From Nitrospirota bacterium (GTDB lineage: Bacteria; Nitrospirota; Thermodesulfovibrionia; Thermodesulfovibrionales; Dissulfurispiraceae): a stretch of DNA of 64,000 nucleotides. Below are positions 42,259 through 52,913 of this stretch, one piece after another (within the stretch, counting starts at the first letter, position 1; every line of letters begins with the position of its first letter). The notes below the pieces were generated by a model. That model searched no databases. It was not told the DNA's origin and saw only the letters and a list, made by a program, of their open reading frames with translations. A program made the translations under genes and the position numbers. The stretch is taken from contig CAVPZX010000006.1 in the NCBI GenBank assembly GCA_963710375.1, positions 94,467 through 158,466 on the forward strand, in the 5' to 3' direction.

Positions 42259-43178
42259 TAGAGCTTATAAAAAATACAAATATAGATTTTATGGCCAAAA
42301 GGAAGTATGCTTTTACTTTTTCGGGTATTCTGGCATTGCTTGGAATCTTTGCCATTGTACAGATCGCTCTCGGCAAGGCAAACCTCGGTGTTGACTTTGC
42401 CGGCGGGACCGCTGTACAGGTCAAGTTTACGCAATCGGTACCGCTTAGTCAGGTGAGGAAGGCCCTCGAAGAAGGCGGGCTCAAGGATTTTGATCTCCAG
42501 GATCTACCTACTGAGAACAAAATACTTATCAGGGTAAAAAAACAGGAAGAGAAGCTGGGCGGAGCTTCCGAGAACATAACCCAGGTACTCTCTCAGAAGT
42601 TTTCCGCAAGTAAGCCGGTTATCGACTCAACCACTGAAATCGGCCCGACAGTCAGCGCCAAATTGAGAGATGATGCAATGTGGGCTGTGGTTATGGCAAC
42701 CGCCGGGATCCTGCTATATGTAGCGTGGAGGTTTCAGTTAAGGTTCGGAGTGGGTGCTACCATTGCCACATTCCATGATGTGCTGGCAGTGCTCGGTATT
42801 TTCTATATTTTAAATAAGGAAATGAATTTGATTTTCCTGAGCGCGCTTCTTACCGTTGCCGGTTATTCCCTTACCGACACAGTTGTGGTTTTCGACAGGA
42901 TAAGAGAAAACATCAAGCGTTACCTTAAGGACCCTGTTGAGGTTATAATCAACAAAAGCATTAATGAAGTGCTTTCCAGGACTATTGTTACATCTTTAAC
43001 GGTTTTCCTATCTTCACTCGCCTTATTCCTGTTCGGCGGGGAAGTTATCCATGACTTTGCGCTGGCCATGCTGCTGGGCGTTGCTGTGGGTACTTACTCC
43101 TCGGTCTTCGTTGCAAGTCCGGTGGTCATTCTTCTCGGGAAAAAGGGCAGCGGCAAAGCGGCAATAGGCGGTCGATAG
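42255..43178 (+). CDS. secF: Protein translocase subunit SecF
   Basis: [25 protein letters not shown]. Confidence 0.96.
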   Translation: MIELIKNTNIDFMAKRKYAFTFSGILALLGIFAIVQIALGKANLGVDFAGGTAVQVKFTQSVPLSQVRKALEEGGLKDFDLQDLPTENKILIRVKKQEEKLGGASENITQVLSQKFSASKPVIDSTTEIGPTVSAKLRDDAMWAVVMATAGILLYVAWRFQLRFGVGATIATFHDVLAVLGIFYILNKEMNLIFLSALLTVAGYSLTDTVVVFDRIRENIKRYLKDPVEVIINKSINEVLSRTIVTSLTVFLSSLALFLFGGEVIHDFALAMLLGVAVGTYSSVFVASPVVILLGKKGSGKAAIGGR

Positions 43179-43237
43179 GTGTAATGAGCGTCCCTCGGTG
43201 TTCATGTGTATGTTGTCATAACACGGAGACCTGACAT

Positions 43238-44959
43238 ATGGCTGACAGCGGGATGGCAAGCAGATGGATAATAAACAAGACTAATCCAGAGTATATTGCG
43301 TATATTTCCAGGATTGCTTCGGTATCGCCAATTTTTGCACAGGTACTGGTCAACAGGGGCCTTAAAACAGCAGCACAGCTTGATGCCTTTCTGAACCCCG
43401 ATATCAGCAAACTTGCCGACCCCTTTGCATTGCCTCAATTGAATGTAGCACTTGAAAGGATACGTATAGCCAAAAAAAATGGAGAGCGTGTCCTTGTCCA
43501 TGGTGATTACGATGCCGACGGCGTGACCGCAACTGCTATATTGGTAGAGGGGTTGAAGGAGTATGGACTCGATGTCCATTTCTTTATACCGGACAGGATT
43601 CAGGACGGCTACGGATTCGGCGCTGCCGGTCTTGAAAGGGCTGAAGCACTGGGGGCGAGGCTCATTGTTACAGTCGACTGCGGTATCTCTTCCTTTGAAG
43701 CAGCGTCAGCTGCGCGCACCCGTGGGATTGACCTCATAATTACCGACCATCACGAGCCGGCACGTGAAAAGATAGAAGGCCGGGTTCTTTTACCTGAAGC
43801 CGTCGCAGTGGTAAACCCGAAAGCTGCGGCATGTCCACTGGAAATGGCACACCTCTCAGGGGCTGGCGTGGCATTAAAGTTTATTCAGGGATTATTTGAT
43901 AATAACATCGACGCGATATACAAGTTCTTTGATCTTGCAGCAATTGGGACTGCTGCCGACGTAGTGCCGGTACAGAATGACAACAGGACCATTATCAGGG
44001 AAGGCATCAAACTGCTCCAATCAGGGCAGCGCATAGGACTCAAAGTGCTCTGCAGGACGGCTGGAATCCGCCTGGACTCTTTCAAAACGTCTTATTTGTA
44101 TTATATGCTGATTCCGAGAATCAATGCCGCAGGCCGGATAGCAAATGCGACGGATGTGGTAAAACTCCTTACAACCAAGTCCGAGGACGAGGCCTGTCAA
44201 CTTGCCGGATGGATGAACAGTCTGAACACAAGACGTCAGGAGGTGGAGGAGTCTGTTTATAGTGAGGCCATGAAACAGGTGGATTCAATGGATCCCGGCA
44301 AAGGTGCCTTGGTTGTCGCCTCTGAGGGATGGCACATTGGCGTTGTAGGGATTGTTGCATCGAGGATTGCCCAGAAGTACTACAGACCGACTGTTGTCCT
44401 TTCTATTGACGGCGGCATTGCAAAGGGATCGGGTCGGAGTATCCCCACTTTTGATCTTTATGAAGGCCTCATAGAGTGCAGGAATATACTTACGCGATTT
44501 GGCGGACATAAGCAGGCTGCCGGGTTAAGCCTTCCATCTGCGGATATCGGACACTTTAGGACCCTGTTCTGCAGCAAAGTTCGCGAGCGTCTTGCTGAGG
44601 AAGATTTTCTGCCGGTCCTGATGATTGACGGAGCGGTAAGCATATCCGATATGAGCATAGGGCTCGTGAATGAGCTTGCAAGGATGGAGCCTTTTGGCTA
44701 TAGTAATGTTGAGCCGGTGTTCGGCTCCAGGGGCCTTGAAGTGGTGCAGTCCAGGATAGTAGGTAATAATCACCTGAAGATGCAGCTGAGGCAGAAGGGA
44801 AGGAAGATGGATAGCATCGGTTTTGATTTTGGCTCTATGCTGGGCTCTGTTGAAGAGAGCGGTATTATAGATGCAGCGTTTGTGCCGACGATCAATGAAT
44901 GGGATGGCGGAAGATATTTGCAGTTGAATCTTAAGGCGATCAGGCCGGCTGCAAAGTAG
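43238..44959 (+). CDS. recJ: ssDNA-specific exonuclease RecJ
   Basis: GDYDADG, TVDCG, TDHH, PRINAAGR, GGHKQAAG. Confidence 0.96.
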   Translation: MADSGMASRWIINKTNPEYIAYISRIASVSPIFAQVLVNRGLKTAAQLDAFLNPDISKLADPFALPQLNVALERIRIAKKNGERVLVHGDYDADGVTATAILVEGLKEYGLDVHFFIPDRIQDGYGFGAAGLERAEALGARLIVTVDCGISSFEAASAARTRGIDLIITDHHEPAREKIEGRVLLPEAVAVVNPKAAACPLEMAHLSGAGVALKFIQGLFDNNIDAIYKFFDLAAIGTAADVVPVQNDNRTIIREGIKLLQSGQRIGLKVLCRTAGIRLDSFKTSYLYYMLIPRINAAGRIANATDVVKLLTTKSEDEACQLAGWMNSLNTRRQEVEESVYSEAMKQVDSMDPGKGALVVASEGWHIGVVGIVASRIAQKYYRPTVVLSIDGGIAKGSGRSIPTFDLYEGLIECRNILTRFGGHKQAAGLSLPSADIGHFRTLFCSKVRERLAEEDFLPVLMIDGAVSISDMSIGLVNELARMEPFGYSNVEPVFGSRGLEVVQSRIVGNNHLKMQLRQKGRKMDSIGFDFGSMLGSVEESGIIDAAFVPTINEWDGGRYLQLNLKAIRPAAK

Positions 44960-45049
44960 AATTACGAATTACGAATTATGAATTACGAATTGTGGAAAAA
45001 AAAGACTTTAACTCATCAATTCTTAATTATTAATTATTAATTCGTAATT
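44958..45049. repeat. Inverted heptamer array (GAATTAC)x4-5 / degenerate (TAATT-containing)n
   Basis: gaattacgaattacgaattatgaattacgaattg, then aattcttaattattaattattaattcgtaatt. Confidence 0.8.
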
Positions 45050-45070
45050 AATTTTAGTACGGGGGAACAT

Positions 45071-45871
45071 ATGGCTGGAAGAGTAACCATCCAATCCTTG
45101 CTTCAAAAGAAGCATGAACGGCAAAAAATCTCCATGATAACAGCGTATGATTATCCTTTTGCTCAAATAGCGGATGAGGCTGGCGTTGATGCCATTATTG
45201 TCGGAGATTCTCTGGCAATGGTCGTGCAGGGACTGGATACAACGCTTCCTGTGAGCATGGATGAAATGATATACCACACTAAAATGGTCTCAAGGGCCGC
45301 AAATAGGGCGATGGTTATCGGCGATATGCCTTATCTCTCTTACCAGGTGAGCACCGAGGAAGCTGTGAGGAATGCTGGAAGATTTATTAAGGAAGCGGGG
45401 GCCCATGCAGTAAAGCTGGAAGGCGGCAGCGAGGTAGCTCAGACAGTTCAGTTATTAACAAAGGCGGAAATCCCTGTTATGGCGCATATAGGTCTCACAC
45501 CGCAGGCAATTTATCGCATGGGCGGTTTTAAAGTCCAGGGCAGATCTGAAGAGGCGGCGAAGAGGTTAGTGGAGGATGCTAAACTTCTGGAAAGCGCCGG
45601 GGCATTCTCGATTATCCTTGAGGCAATACCAGCAGCGCTTGCACAGCAGATCACCGGTATACTGGCTATTCCCACCATCGGTATCGGTGGCGGGCCTTAC
45701 TGCGATGGTCAAGTTCTCGTTATCCACGATGTGCTTGGTATGTTTGACCGGTTTACTCCGAAGTTCATAAAAAAATACGCAAATCTTAAGAGCGATGCTA
45801 TAACTGCCGTCAGGAAATATAGGGAAGAAGTCGAAAATGGAATTTTCCCCGGGAGCGAGCATTCGTTTTGA
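45071..45871 (+). CDS. panB: 3-methyl-2-oxobutanoate hydroxymethyltransferase
   Basis: TAYD, VGDSL, VKLEGG, HIGLTPQ, PTIGIG. Confidence 0.97.
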   Translation: MAGRVTIQSLLQKKHERQKISMITAYDYPFAQIADEAGVDAIIVGDSLAMVVQGLDTTLPVSMDEMIYHTKMVSRAANRAMVIGDMPYLSYQVSTEEAVRNAGRFIKEAGAHAVKLEGGSEVAQTVQLLTKAEIPVMAHIGLTPQAIYRMGGFKVQGRSEEAAKRLVEDAKLLESAGAFSIILEAIPAALAQQITGILAIPTIGIGGGPYCDGQVLVIHDVLGMFDRFTPKFIKKYANLKSDAITAVRKYREEVENGIFPGSEHSF

Positions 45872-45942
45872 AAATGTGCAAGGATGTTTTTTTCCCGCAG
45901 GTCTGTTACAATTACTACAAAGATATCTAAAGGGGGTATGGG

Positions 45943-46362
45943 ATGTCGAAAAAGGCGATTTTTGTTTGCGTAAAAAGAGATCTCACCCATCCTGTTAGTT
46001 TTGCGCTCAGGGAATTTGAGGGCAAGTTGAACGTGAGATATTTTGATAATACCAAGCAGCTGGGAGCCGCGCTGGCGAGTGTTACAGAGGGCTGTACGGT
46101 AATACTCGACTCGATAATTGGAGACGAATCTACGGTTGCGTTTGCAAAGAGCATTAAGGATGAGAAGCCTGCTGTTAAGTTTCTTCTCATTGTTTCATCA
46201 GGTACGCCAAAGGAAGAGCTCGTCAAACTTATTCAGTCAAAGATTGTCAGCGGGGTGCTAATGAGGCCTTTTACCGCTGAGCAGATGAGCGATAATATCC
46301 ATAAATTGTGCGGTTTTCAGAAGAAAGATGTGCCCTGGTATATGCAGACAGGGTTCAAGTAG
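45943..46362 (+). CDS. Hypothetical protein, possible degenerate receiver domain
   Basis: Alpha/beta pattern, VILD, and LMRPF in place of xxKPF. Confidence 0.5.
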   Translation: MSKKAIFVCVKRDLTHPVSFALREFEGKLNVRYFDNTKQLGAALASVTEGCTVILDSIIGDESTVAFAKSIKDEKPAVKFLLIVSSGTPKEELVKLIQSKIVSGVLMRPFTAEQMSDNIHKLCGFQKKDVPWYMQTGFK

Positions 46363-46367
46363 GAGAC

Positions 46368-46466
46368 CGTGAAACGTGAATCGTGAATCGTAAAAAAACA
46401 AAAGTCGGCAGCCCATCTAACGTTTTTTGCCTCTAACTTTTCACGATTCACTTTTCACGATTCACA
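46368..46466. repeat. Inverted heptamer array (CGTGAAW)n / (TTCACGA)n between convergent genes
   Basis: cgtgaaacgtgaatcgtgaatcgt, then ttcacgattcacttttcacgattcac; overlaps the ald 3' end. Confidence 0.8.
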
Positions 46467-47533
46467 GTCTCTTTCAGCGCAGCATTCATTATCTCGCCAT
46501 TGCGGGTGTTCAATGCGCTTCTCAGTTCAATATCTTCGTTGATCGCTGATTCAATACCCTTATCGGCTAGGGCGGCTATGTATGGCAGGGTAGCATTGGT
46601 CAGGGCAAGCGTTAACGTGCGGGGATAAGCGCCAGGCATATTAGCAACAGTATAATGGATGACGCCTTCTATGGTGTAGACCGGGTTGTCGTGTGTTGTC
46701 GGCCTGGATGTTTCAACGCACCCCCCCTGGTCAACCGAAACGTCAACGATCACCGAACCCCGCTTCATGGTCTTGAGCATTTCCTTTGTAACGAGCATTG
46801 GCGTTTTGCCGCCTGGGACCAGGACCGCTCCGATGATAATATCGGCATCCCTGATTTCTTCGCGTATCATATAATCTTTAAGCGGCAATGTTTTAATGCG
46901 TCCCATGAACAGTTCATCGATTCGCCTCAACCGCTCTTGACCCTTATTCATGACGATCGTATCCATGCCCAGACCCAAAGCAATGCGGGCTGCATTGGTC
47001 CCTACAACCCCCGCGCCCAGAATGAGTGCCCTTGCCGGTTTTACGCCGGGAACGCCGGCAGGCAGTATGCCGCTGCCGCTATGGATTTTTTGCAGGTAAT
47101 GGGCGCCCATCAGCGGCGCCATTCTTCCTGCAATTTCGCTCATTGGAGCAAGCAGGGGAAGGGTATCACCCTTACGCAGCGTTTCGTAGCCAAAGGATGT
47201 CACTTTTTTATCGACCAGCACTCTTGTGAGCTCGATATTTGCCGCAAGGTGGAGGTATGTGAACAGCGCCTGTCTCTCCCGGACAAACCCGAATTCGTCG
47301 GGGAGGAGCTCTTTCACTTTGACGATAAGATCCGCCTCTTTAAAAAGCGATCCCCTGTCGGCAACGCCTGCACCGGCGGTGATGTAATCGGTATCGGAAA
47401 AACCGCTGCCTTCGCCCGCTCCTTTTTCAACATACACGGTATGGCCGTGGCGCTTGAGTTCTTCAACACCTGACGGAGTAATGCTGACCCTGTATTCCTC
47501 TTTCTTGATCTCCTTTGGCACGCCGATTACCAT
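46448..47533 (-). CDS. ald: Alanine dehydrogenase
   Basis: GVPKEIK..E.RV, FTYLHLA, PMSEIAGR, VDQGG, VANMPG. Confidence 0.96.
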   Translation of the reverse strand: MVIGVPKEIKKEEYRVSITPSGVEELKRHGHTVYVEKGAGEGSGFSDTDYITAGAGVADRGSLFKEADLIVKVKELLPDEFGFVRERQALFTYLHLAANIELTRVLVDKKVTSFGYETLRKGDTLPLLAPMSEIAGRMAPLMGAHYLQKIHSGSGILPAGVPGVKPARALILGAGVVGTNAARIALGLGMDTIVMNKGQERLRRIDELFMGRIKTLPLKDYMIREEIRDADIIIGAVLVPGGKTPMLVTKEMLKTMKRGSVIVDVSVDQGGCVETSRPTTHDNPVYTIEGVIHYTVANMPGAYPRTLTLALTNATLPYIAALADKGIESAINEDIELRSALNTRNGEIMNAALKETVNREK

Positions 47534-47668
47534 CAGTGGTTCCTCCTCAAGTAGCGATAGTATTTTAAATTGCCGCTTTCCCGCACGATATCTTCACTGC
47601 AATTTTACCATACGTGCGGTGCGGATATATATCGCACCTATTCCCCCAAGCGCGCACCTATTGAGCGG

Positions 47669-48145
47669 CTAATAAGGGACATAAGGGGTCGGTGGCGGTG
47701 GAGGAGCCTCCTGGTTGCCCTTGGCAAACATACACTGTGTGTATGCTATATCGTACCGACGCTGTGCCTCCTGGCCATAAACCTGTCCTGCGCTTGCTCC
47801 TGCGGCGGTCCCTACAAGAAGACCACTTCCCGCTCCGATGGCTGCGCCAGTGCCGGCATGGCCAGCGGCTGCACCGATGACTGCGCCCAAGCCAGCGCCG
47901 ACGACTGTACCGACTGCAGCCCCTTCGGCAGTATTCTGATTGGCCGTTTGTTGGGGTGACAGTCCTATCTGCTGTGATGCCCACTGCCTGCAGACTGCGT
48001 CATCAGCCTGAAATTGTTCAAAGGACTTTCCGGTGCCCGGCATCATCGAAACGCTCGGCCCTGTGGGCACTGTCGCACATCCGGTCACCGTCAATATAAT
48101 CAGTAATGCCAGAAATGGAAAGATGTTTAGCATTTGTTTCATCAT
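47669..48145 (-). CDS. Glycine-zipper lipoprotein
   Basis: Lipobox VTGC, GAAVG..VGAGLGA zipper, D...C and Y..CM. Confidence 0.8.
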   Translation of the reverse strand: MMKQMLNIFPFLALLIILTVTGCATVPTGPSVSMMPGTGKSFEQFQADDAVCRQWASQQIGLSPQQTANQNTAEGAAVGTVVGAGLGAVIGAAAGHAGTGAAIGAGSGLLVGTAAGASAGQVYGQEAQRRYDIAYTQCMFAKGNQEAPPPPPTPYVPY

Positions 48146-48149
48146 GTCA

Positions 48150-48674
48150 TTACCTCCTCTGGTCCGGAGGCGCCTGAGCTGGTTCCCCATGAGACTCATA
48201 GTCTGGTGGAGTCGAGCGCGGCACAACCTTCATCCATCCGCCAGAACACTTTTTCACATAAGGGTAATAGCCCTGAGGATATCCGCAGAAATACCAGTAG
48301 CTCTGTTCCTCTTGTTGCGGGGCCTGTTGAATATATTGCTGAGGCTGCTGGACGTAAAAGGGCGGAGCTGCATAATCATAATATGGAGTGTAGCCGTCAT
48401 AGTACGGATAGTAATCATACGGAGGTCCCCACCACCACGCGTCCCACCACGGGTCCCATCCCGGACCTATCCAAACACCTCCCCTAAAACCGCCGTGCCC
48501 CCGACCACCGTGCCCCCAACCACCATGCCCGCCACCACCGTGCCCCCAACCACCGTGACCACCGCTGCTGTGACCACCACCGTGGCCACCATCTGCCGAC
48601 ATGGCCGGAACTGGCGACACGACAAGGGACAAGCCTACAAAAACGACTAAAAGCAGCAAATATATTTTTTTCAT
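48150..48674 (-). CDS. Secreted Gly/His-rich, Tyr/Pro-rich hypothetical protein
   Basis: Signal peptide, GGHGG repeats, WYFC....GYYPYV..C..GW. Confidence 0.75.
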   Translation of the reverse strand: MKKIYLLLLVVFVGLSLVVSPVPAMSADGGHGGGHSSGGHGGWGHGGGGHGGWGHGGRGHGGFRGGVWIGPGWDPWWDAWWWGPPYDYYPYYDGYTPYYDYAAPPFYVQQPQQYIQQAPQQEEQSYWYFCGYPQGYYPYVKKCSGGWMKVVPRSTPPDYESHGEPAQAPPDQRR

Positions 48675-48915
48675 GACACGCCTCCTTTGCCACTTCCGTT
48701 CTCTATATCTTAATATAGGATAAAACCTATCCGGATTAATGTCAATAAAACATTACAGATGGGTTTACGATGGAATATAATGCGTCTAATCTGGGTTGGA
48801 ATGCAAATTGTGGGAACTACTTGCTATTATCATAATTGATTTATAAAGGTAAAATATGTATCCTCTATAATAAGGGCCTATTGCAACGAGGGCAAAGAAA
48901 AGGAAGGACAACCCC

Positions 48916-50463
48916 ATGAAGATTGTAACAGCTGATGAAATGAGAGATATTGACAGACTGACTATTGAAGATTACGGCATCCCCGGCATGGTGTTGATGG
49001 AGAGGGCAGGGTTGGCTGTAGCATCAAGGGTAAGGGAGCTTTTTCCGTCAAAAAAGGTGGTGGTTCTCTGCGGGGGCGGCAACAACGGCGGTGATGGACT
49101 GGTCGCTGCACGGGACCTTTTTCACTGGGGGTTTAAGGTTTTAGTCATCATGACTGCGAAGAAAGAGGCTCTCAGTTCTGATTGTGCCTCACAGTTTCAG
49201 ATTGCAAAGAAGATGGGAATACAGACAGAGTTCCGCAGCTCATTGAGTGGGAAAGATATACACAGTTCTGTAGTCATAGATGCTGTATTCGGGACCGGTC
49301 TTGCCCGTCCCGTGAAGGGCGCTATTGCCGGACTGTTCTCTTTTTTGAATAGTGCCGATGCGCCGGTGGTTGCTGTCGACATTCCTTCAGGGATTTCATC
49401 AGATACGGGCGAAATTCTTGGCCAGGCGGTCATGGCTGATTGCACAGTCACTTTCGGACTGCCCAAAAGGGCGCACTTTCTTTATCCTGGCGCCGAGTAT
49501 GCCGGAAAGCTCTTTGTAGAGGACATCGGCTTCCCCACTTTTCTCCTCGAATCGGACTCGATCAAAGCTTCCTTGATCGACAGGGAAACGGCTTCCGCCC
49601 TTATTCCTGTGAGGCCTGCTAATTCTTTTAAAGGGGATTACGGGCATCTGCTGGTAATTGCGGGTTCACGGGGCAAGACTGGTGCGGCGCTGATGTGCGG
49701 TCATGCAGCGCTCAGGAGCGGTTCCGGACTTGTGACCCTCGGTGTCCCCGAATCGCTGGTAGAAAGCTTCCAGTCCAGGGTGACAGAAGAGATGGTCCTG
49801 CCGCTGCCTGACGACGGCAAAGGTATGTTGTCTTTAAAAGCATTGGACAGCATCCTCGAATTTGCTGCTGAAAAAATCGATGTAATTGCTGTGGGCCCCG
49901 GCATCGGCGTATCGCCGGCCACGAAATATATCATTACAGAACTTGTTCTTAGGTCGGCCATACCTATGGTAATCGATGCTGACGGACTGAACTCAATCAG
50001 CGCTTCAGCGAAGCATGCTCGCGGAGTGACGGACCTTTTACAGAATGCAAAGTCTCCCATTATTCTTACTCCGCATCCCGGTGAAATGGCGCGTCTTATT
50101 TATAAGCCTAAAGTCACGGACCGGTTGGGCATTCCCGTCTCTTTTGCTGTAGATTCGGGCAGTTACCTGGTGTTGAAGGGAGTCCCCACTACTATCGCTC
50201 TGCCGGAAGGGAATATCTTTATCAATACCACAGGGAACCCCGGGATGGCTACCGCAGGGGCAGGCGATGTCCTGACAGGAATTATCGCATCCCTGCTGGG
50301 TCAGGGACTGAATCCTGCTCATGCATCGGCACTCGGCGTCTATATCCATGGTATGGCCGGTGACAATGCTGCCGCAATTGGCGGCGAATATTCGCTTATT
50401 GCGTCTGATATCATCAATGCGCTGCCAGCTGCCTTTATGGAATTGCAAGGTAATAGAACGTAA
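48916..50463 (+). CDS. nnr: Bifunctional NAD(P)H-hydrate epimerase/dehydratase
   Basis: GNNGGDG, DAVFGTG, DIPSG, TPHPGE, GAGDVL. Confidence 0.95.
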   Translation: MKIVTADEMRDIDRLTIEDYGIPGMVLMERAGLAVASRVRELFPSKKVVVLCGGGNNGGDGLVAARDLFHWGFKVLVIMTAKKEALSSDCASQFQIAKKMGIQTEFRSSLSGKDIHSSVVIDAVFGTGLARPVKGAIAGLFSFLNSADAPVVAVDIPSGISSDTGEILGQAVMADCTVTFGLPKRAHFLYPGAEYAGKLFVEDIGFPTFLLESDSIKASLIDRETASALIPVRPANSFKGDYGHLLVIAGSRGKTGAALMCGHAALRSGSGLVTLGVPESLVESFQSRVTEEMVLPLPDDGKGMLSLKALDSILEFAAEKIDVIAVGPGIGVSPATKYIITELVLRSAIPMVIDADGLNSISASAKHARGVTDLLQNAKSPIILTPHPGEMARLIYKPKVTDRLGIPVSFAVDSGSYLVLKGVPTTIALPEGNIFINTTGNPGMATAGAGDVLTGIIASLLGQGLNPAHASALGVYIHGMAGDNAAAIGGEYSLIASDIINALPAAFMELQGNRT

Positions 50464-50468
50464 GGATT

Positions 50469-51161
50469 GTGACAGACGTGCATAAAGAGATTCTCGTTCC
50501 ACCGGTTTTCGATAGTGGTCATGCAAAAGCCTTTTTTACTACTAAGGCATTGCATTGTGATGTGCATAGGCTGGCAGAGTTTCTCTCCGTCCCTTCGGTG
50601 AATATTTACATGCCCATCCAAAAGCATACCGACAAAGTCATGGTCCTGGATGATGACCGCAGACCTCAAGTGGCAGATGCCGTCATCACCGGCAAAAGGG
50701 GAATTTTCATTGGTGTGCAGGTGGCGGACTGCGTGCCAGTTCTTTTGTTCGATAAAAAACAACGGGTGGCCGGGGCGGTCCACGCGGGATGGCGGGGGAC
50801 TGCTGCATCGATACTAAAAAAAACGATTGAAACGATGTCGGAGCGTTTTTTTTGTTCACCGCAGGATATAATCATGGCAATAGGCCCTGCCATAGGGGGG
50901 TGCTGTTATGAGGTGGGATATGAAGTCATAGAATCGGTAGTGAGGGCGAGCGGCGAGGGCGATTATTACCGGACTAATGGCGGGAAATACTGTATTGATC
51001 TGACGAGCGCCAACAGACAGCAGGCAGTCTCTTCAGGCGTGTCCCCTGAGCAAATATGGCTCGCGGATGAATGCACATTTTGCAAGCCTGACAAATACCA
51101 CTCATACCGTTTTACAAAGGGGACAACGGGACGCCAGTGCGGCGTTATCGGAATAGTATAA
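50469..51161 (+). CDS. pgeF: PgeF/YfiH-family protein
   Basis: QKH, ADC.P, HAGWRG, GPAI..CCYEV, SYR. Confidence 0.9.
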   Translation: MTDVHKEILVPPVFDSGHAKAFFTTKALHCDVHRLAEFLSVPSVNIYMPIQKHTDKVMVLDDDRRPQVADAVITGKRGIFIGVQVADCVPVLLFDKKQRVAGAVHAGWRGTAASILKKTIETMSERFFCSPQDIIMAIGPAIGGCCYEVGYEVIESVVRASGEGDYYRTNGGKYCIDLTSANRQQAVSSGVSPEQIWLADECTFCKPDKYHSYRFTKGTTGRQCGVIGIV

Positions 51162-51243
51162 TCAAGCGGTAACAGTCTACACCATTTGGATTTGAGTTAT
51201 AATAGAGGCAAGTTAATATTTATTATAAATAAGGAGAGAGAGT

Positions 51244-51693
51244 ATGCTCAAGGCAAAAGACATTATGACGAAAGATGTGATAACGGTGAACACGGCTACC
51301 ACTATCGAAGATCTGGCCCATATTTTGATAAAGCATAATATCAGCGGCGCTCCTGTAGTAAACGATGAGGGCGATTTGATAGGTATAGTTACTGAAAATG
51401 ATCTGATCAGCAAGAACAAACGTTTGCACATTCCCACGGTAATGAGGCTTTTCGATGCCTATATCATGCTCGAGAGCCCTGCGACAATTGAGAGAGAGAT
51501 TAGGAGAATGGCGGCAGTCACTGTTAATGATATATGCATTAAGGAAGTTGTCTCCGTTTCCGAGGAGACCACGGTCGAGGAAATCGCCACCACCATGTCC
51601 GAAAAGAAGGTATACCTTATACCTGTTACAGCAGGGAAAAAGGTCATCGGGATAATTGGGAAAATGGACATTATAAAGGGGATTGCGGCTTAG
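51244..51693 (+). CDS. Tandem CBS-domain protein
   Basis: KDIMT, ISGAPVV...LIGIVTE.DL; second CBS repeat. Confidence 0.9.
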   Translation: MLKAKDIMTKDVITVNTATTIEDLAHILIKHNISGAPVVNDEGDLIGIVTENDLISKNKRLHIPTVMRLFDAYIMLESPATIEREIRRMAAVTVNDICIKEVVSVSEETTVEEIATTMSEKKVYLIPVTAGKKVIGIIGKMDIIKGIAA

Positions 51694-51712
51694 CCGTGCA
51701 CTGTCGTTGGGA

Positions 51713-52171
51713 ATGGAATGTTTTTCAGTGCGTATAATTACCCGATCACCCGAGGAAACGGAGCATATAGGCTTCAGGCTTGGTTCCATCCTGGAGTCAT
51801 CTGCACGAACAAAGACGGTGATGCTTTATGGCGATCTCGGGGCGGGCAAGACAACGCTGATAAAGGGAATTGCCTATGCGTTCGGTATCCCAAAGAGAGA
51901 TGTGTGCAGCGCCAGTTTCGTAATGGTTGCGGAGTATGAAACGTCTCCGCCATTTTATCATATAGACCTGTACCGCTTGGAAACACGTGAGGCCGTTGAT
52001 GCTTCAGGGATATGGGAATATATTGATACAGGTGGAATTGCGGTCATAGAATGGGCGGAAAGGCTTTCCGACATGCCTGACAACGCTATTAAAGTACACA
52101 TTACGCAGCTCGCTGAGCAGGAAAGGGAGATTATTATAGATGGAGTTGACCGCGAGGCGTTGGGGATTTAA
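51713..52171 (+). CDS. tsaE: tRNA t6A biosynthesis ATPase TsaE
   Basis: GDLGAGKT, S.SF, HIDLYRL, IEWAE. Confidence 0.93.
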   Translation: MECFSVRIITRSPEETEHIGFRLGSILESSARTKTVMLYGDLGAGKTTLIKGIAYAFGIPKRDVCSASFVMVAEYETSPPFYHIDLYRLETREAVDASGIWEYIDTGGIAVIEWAERLSDMPDNAIKVHITQLAEQEREIIIDGVDREALGI

Positions 52172-52404
52172 AGCGTTTATATGTTAGGCTTTTTTGCCGA
52201 AAGCCCTATATTTCACTTCCAAATATGCCATCACATTGGCTTTAGCAAATGCTTTGATCAACTGCTTCCGAAGGCCGTGCACTTGCTATGTGCAGCTACG
52301 CATAACACCTGAAAAACCGCACCGAGGCAAGTTTTGCTATTGTGCTCGATTACAGTAGAATGTGTTAAAAATCGTTTCGTGTTTCCGCGAAAACTAACAA
52401 ACAC

Positions 52405-52446
52405 TTGCATATAGGTCATCTGTCTGTTAGAATAGAGACAGGTGAC
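52405..52446 (+). promoter_or_regulatory. TA operon promoter with operator palindrome
   Basis: TTGCAT-17-TAGAAT; inverted repeat gtcatctgtct (52415-25) / agacaggtgac (52436-46) flanks the -10. Confidence 0.65.
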
Positions 52447-52475
52447 ACACTAAACTATTAATAAGGGGGGATAGT

Positions 52476-52913
52476 ATGAGTGCTGCAACAGTAAACGTTG
52501 AGATAATAAACGTACTGGGAGTGAAAGGTAAGACATCGGTAAACTTTGACTCCATCATAAGGAAAGGGTTTTCGATAGAAGCATTAGAACGCTTCAAAAA
52601 AACATTCCAGATGGATGAAGAGACATTAGCACGCTCCATAGGAGTGAGCAGGAAGACGCTCCAGAGAAAAAGAAAAAAGAGTGCTCGCCAGAAGCTAAAC
52701 GTGGAAGAGAGCAATCGGCTGTTTAGGATGGTGAGAATCTTGACTATGGCAACGGAGACATTCGGCGGCGACAAGAAAGTTGCCACAGAGTGGATGCAGG
52801 AGCCGCAGTACGGACTTGGCGGTATGACTCCTCTAAAAATGCTTGAAACGGATGCTGGTACTGAAAAGGTCGAAAGCCTGCTCCTGCACTTGCAATATGG
52901 TGGGGTCGCATAA
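52476..52913 (+). CDS. Xre/MbcA/ParS-family antitoxin
   Basis: HTH with GVSRKTLQR, ES.RL.R, FGG...A.EW...P..LGG.TP. Confidence 0.9.
   Translation: MSAATVNVEIINVLGVKGKTSVNFDSIIRKGFSIEALERFKKTFQMDEETLARSIGVSRKTLQRKRKKSARQKLNVEESNRLFRMVRILTMATETFGGDKKVATEWMQEPQYGLGGMTPLKMLETDAGTEKVESLLLHLQYGGVA

Noticed and set aside
46655..47473. Long antisense ORFs (e.g. opposite ald, DUF512, fdh)
   Set aside because: Shadow ORFs of well-supported genes.
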